From positions 15,562,001-15,626,000 of the forward strand of contig NC_047070.1 of assembly GCF_902459465.1 (NCBI RefSeq): a DNA stretch of 64,000 nucleotides. Direction: 5' to 3'. Positions 59,946 to 64,000 of this stretch are shown one piece after another. The notes under the pieces are model-generated. The model saw nothing but the letters and a program-made list of their open reading frames with translations, was not told the DNA's origin and ran no database searches. A program made the position numbers and the translations under genes. Each line of letters begins with the position of its first letter. Position 1 is the first letter of the stretch. The DNA comes from Asterias rubens. Taxonomy: Eukaryota.

Positions 59946-62192
59946 TGGAGTCGTGGCCGGACACAATGGTTCTACGGACACAATGGGTCGGACACAATGG
60001 TTCTACGGACACTATGGGTCGGACACAATGGTTTGTAGGACATAATGGGTCGGACACAATGGTTTGTAGGACACAATAGGTCGGACCCAATGATTCTACG
60101 GACACAATGGGTCGGACACAATGGTTTGTAGGACATAATGGGTCGGACACAATGGTTTGTAGGACACAATAGGTCGGACCCAATGATTCTACGGACACAT
60201 TGGGTCGGACACAATGGTTTGTAGGAAACTATGGGTCGGACACAATCTTTTGTAGGACACAATGGGGCGGACACAATGGTTTGTAGGACACAATGGGTCG
60301 GACACAATGGTTCTACGGACACAATGGGGCGGACACAATGGTTCATAAATGATGTCGGACTTAATCGTCACCGTCGGACACAATCGTGCGTAACAGACGT
60401 GACAGACCGAACGAGGTTACTAATTCTGGATGTATCAGTTTATCCCACTAATACCCATCCGTCTGACATACCCGCTTACAAAATAACTATATCTTCGTAC
60501 TGGTCTATCAAACTGATTTCCTTTCCCGCGTTAAGTCCACATGAAACTCTTTTTAAAAGCCCCAACTCCAAGGTAAATGTTGTTAATACTTCATCAACCT
60601 TAACTCTAGTCTACAAGGCTAGCCTTCTATCCAAACATGCCGCTGGTCGTATTGATTGACCATCATAAGATGTTTAATCAATGACCCATACCTGACTGTA
60701 ATGGTGACATCATTAGCCCTCATTAAAACAAAGAAACCTTGACCAGTCCCGTCATATAGTTTACACTATTTATTGTTTTGTTAACCTTGGGGTTTTTTTC
60801 TCGATAATTCTTTGACTTATGACGTAGTTTACGAGGCTTCATTATAAGCGATACCCGCTGTGATCACACCATTATCAAGTGAGGCAATTTAACACAAGTC
60901 TTATACGTGTTGTCATTGATTTATTTTGTCTACGCAATATTTACTGAAAGGTTACTTATCATGTTAAGTTTGTTGAAACGCTTATTGTTTTCAACAGCTA
61001 TTTGTTCTCCATTTATCATTAATTTATTTGTCTACACTATATTGACTACAGGTTTATCAATCAGGCGCTATGGTCTCGTTAAAGTCAATTTTCTTTTGTT
61101 ATACAGTCAGATGTCATTACAATTGACAACACTCTCGAATTAACTGTTTTCAAATGAAACTGAGATAATTGTTTCTCTATTTGGGGGAAAATTTCATCAT
61201 TTAGCTTGTTGTACACTTATTTTTAACAGAGTCAATACCTTGCAATAACATATGTAACCCAGCAATCACTTTAAGTATAGCATGATTCTAGAAAGTCAAA
61301 ATTCCCTTGAGATGGATACACTTGTGTGATCTCAGGTCCCCAATAAAGAATACTTTGATAGTTCAGTAAAGCTATGATTGCTATTTTTATTGGCGTGCGA
61401 ATGACCCCCTCGATGGGAGAAGATAGTTTCATCACCTTTAAAATAGAAAACAATTTAAACATAGAAGTACGTTCCCGATACCAATTATACAATTCAAAGA
61501 CGGGTAGAACTTAAATGCAATTTCCATAATGGGCTAAAACCTCAATGAACCGGTTCCCTGGCGCCCGTCTGAAAAACATTATCTCAGAGAGTGCAAACAC
61601 ACATGTTTAGTTCGTGTGCTTCCCCTAAACACTAAAAATTAAAGGCAAGTCATCATTCGAAACAGGTATAAATGCGGGGGAGTATGTTCACAGACGATGA
61701 GGTGTAAAAACCCTATACCCAAATGCATAGGCGACCTGGGGCTTTTAAAATGCTTGAAATTACTTTTCTAAGATTTGATTCATCTCCAGATGTATTTATT
61801 TGAGTAAATTGATCTGCAAACTGACCATGTTTTATCTGTGATTAGTAGTTTGCACAATGAAGTCTTGTGTAAATGTCTGTTTTTTACAAAACACCTCGCA
61901 GACTGCAGCTAGGCCTACTCACATTTGCCAATTTTACGTTGTATTAAAGCTATATTACTACTATCTTCCTTTGTAAATTTTCATAATCAAAACCACATTT
62001 GATGAAACGTAACATCGATAACCTGTTTTCATACTTTAATAATTCAGTCGCATGCCGACCAGTTGTGTAAGTGTGTTAATTGTTTGAACTGTGTTTCTGG
62101 CAGTGGCTGCCGAGTGCGACAGATCACCATGTAAACCCTTGATGTGCTACATAAATCGGTTTCATAAACCATAAACAATTTCTAAACCTGTC

Positions 62193-62609
62193 TTAAAGAC
62201 ATTGGACACTATTGGTAATTGTGAAAGACCAGTCTTCTCACTAGGTGTATCTCCACGTATGCATGAAATAACAAACCTGTGGAAATTTGAGCTCAATTGG
62301 TCGTCAAAGTTGCGAGATAATGAAAGAAAATCACCCTTGTCACATAATGAAAGAAAATCACCCTTGTCACACGGAGTTGTGTGCTTTCAGACGCTTGATT
62401 TCGATACCTCAAATTCTAAATCTGAGGTCTCGAAATCAAATACGTGGAAAATTATTTCTTTCTCGAAGTAGACTACGTTACTTCATGACAGAGTGAGCTA
62501 TTTCTCACATTGTTTTATACCATCAAAAGCTCCCCGTTACTCGTTACCAGCTAAGTTTTTATACCAATAATTATTTTAAGAAATTACCAACAGTGTCCAC
62601 TGCCTTTAA
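62193..62609. mobile_element. TTAA-AGG MITE with an internal short duplication
   Basis: TTAA at both ends; ATAATGAAAGAAAATCACCCTTGTCAC is duplicated at ~62317-62371. Confidence 0.85.
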
Positions 62610-63109
62610 AAATTGTCTCTCTTTGTTCGAGTACCTTGGGCCTCTTATTACCCTCTCACAACAAGGTAAAATACCAAAGCTTTAACAATTTATTGAATCG
62701 TTCTTATTATATTTACCCTATTACATCAATTCGGAGAAAGGTCTCAATATGTAGTGTATTTAATCTCAAATATCCCGGGTCCAGTGGAGCTTGACCCATT
62801 CTTGGGTCAGATATGTCCAAGATTCTGTGTTACAAAGTGACCCATAAATGGATCAACATTTATTGGATTCGGTTAATAACATTTTTTTACTAGAAGTTTG
62901 TTTACGATTCGGCCTAATGACCCATATTCTGGCTCAATTCAAACCCGGCAGTTTTAAGAGTGTACAATAAAAAACAATCCACCTGCTAAACCAAATGACG
63001 TATCGTTAAACTTCCATGATTTGATCAAAACACAAATGCCAGACATATCGCAATTAGCAGACAATGCTTTATGACTTCATAACTCATCGATTTCCCCATT
63101 AATAACCTG

Positions 63110-63925
63110 TTTTTACAACTTGTTCTAACACAAAATTTGGAAACTATGATTGATAAGAAATGTTGGTTTGAAATGTGTCTTTGTTCAATTCATGACCAGG
63201 CGCCAGGGAAATGCCCAAACAATTTATTTAAAAAGCTCCTGGTTTTCATTTTTATCTAGTACAAGAAACTAGTAAATTGGCATTACACTTCAAGTGAGAA
63301 CAATAGATTTAGTTATTTTTATTTATATTTTAATTGCTCTCATACATGACCATTACTCTATAATTGTTTATAAACTTCATGTCAGTGATACAACGACAGT
63401 AAATAATGTTTTGCTGAAGGCAGATGTAGGCTAATGAGCTGGATCATTGTATTTCTCACTTTACAACCTGTGTTTACCACAATGGAAACAAGTTGTTGAT
63501 TTGAAATGTGTATGTGTTCAAGCTATTACAGGCGCCAGGGAAATTCACAAATAATTAGTTATGAAAACTCCGGGTTTTCATTTTTACTTAGTTGACCCAC
63601 ATGAAACTAATAAATTGGGATCATTCTTCATGGGAGAACAATTGAATGAGTTATTTTATCTATATTTTAATTGCTCTCAACATGATCATTACGAGAACTA
63701 GAAGTAACTATTATAGTAAACTTGCGGATACAGCCATGTATATAATGTCTCTTTTGGAGGAGTGTTGGCTCTGAAAAGAGCCAGTGTGGTCTCGACGTTT
63801 CGAACAGTATACTCTGCTCGTCTTCAAGAGAAACTTCAGGACCATTCACAATTCAGCGATACAACGAAAGTAAATAATGTTTTGCTCAAAGCAAATGTGG
63901 GCCAAATGAGCAGGTTCGGATTTAT
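63110..63925. repeat. Diverged ~350-bp direct duplication
   Basis: Paired blocks TTTACAAC..., CAGGCGCCAGGGAAA, GGTTTTCATTTTTA, TATATTTTAATTGCTCTCA and GATACAACGA.AGTAAATAATGTTTTGCT. Confidence 0.75.
63790..63831 (-). ncRNA. Second minimal hammerhead motif, inside a 107-bp insertion (63724-63830)
   Basis: TCTC-TTGAAGA-C-GAGCAG agtata CTGTTC-GAAA-C-GTC-GAGA; C3->U variant with a 4-bp stem I. Confidence 0.55.
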
Positions 63926-64000
63926 TCATTGCGGTTTGATACATTTGTTGTTAAAACCTTTGTTTATATTGATGTTTGTCTATTGCGATTTCGGGCTGCA

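Larger units (their letters stand above)
57775..60404. mobile_element. Foldback-like element with long inverted termini built of CCATTGTGTCCG tandem repeats
   Basis: Left arm 57775-58110 and right arm 59958-60404 share an inverted ~75-bp terminal sequence (TGT...ACA ends) followed by inward repeat arrays. Confidence 0.65.

Noticed and set aside
57736-60659. Repetitive ORFs (RTQWGGHNG / PLCPTHCV) and a possible CRISPR-like array
   Set aside because: They are readings of the CCATTGTGTCCG arrays. Linkers are only 2-5 nt and recurrent, the context is eukaryotic, and there are no cas genes.
4786-62496. Recurrent ORFs resembling [26 protein letters not shown]
   Set aside because: All fall in copies of the non-coding TTAA-AGG MITE.
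22000-64000. An adjacent NG-peptide (NGFFYamide) precursor, as next to the VP/OT gene in amphioxus
   Set aside because: No NGFFY-GKR coding sequence or second neurophysin exon was seen on either strand. The only NGF match is within the asterotocin neurophysin. A by-eye scan could miss small exons.

Overview
Eukaryotic, AT-rich, intron-containing DNA from a starfish, most likely Asterias. The species call rests on the CLVQDCPEG-GKR asterotocin precursor. Four spliced protein-coding loci could be reconstructed by hand: (1) the 5' part of an unidentified minus-strand gene that runs off the left edge and is absent from the ORF track; (2) B4GALT7 (+, 5 coding exons, 321 aa); (3) an HMG20A/B-family HMG-box protein (+, 11 coding exons, ~672 aa) with an extra U1/matrin-type zinc finger; (4) the vasopressin/oxytocin-type asterotocin-neurophysin precursor (-, 3 coding exons, 147 aa), with a probable distal non-coding exon and promoter near 53.3-53.6 kb. 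The remainder is mostly introns and intergenic DNA full of non-autonomous transposons: TTAA/Kolobok-type MITEs, Harbinger-type MITEs, tRNA-derived SINEs, a foldback-like element and minisatellites. Less obvious observations include minimal hammerhead-ribozyme motifs (one sense-oriented inside the asterotocin intron), a decayed cadherin-repeat pseudogene, an orphan bidirectional promoter, an 84-bp perfect palindrome next to a 196-bp triplication, and several ultra-small TIR elements. All identifications come from motif recognition by eye; no database search was run.
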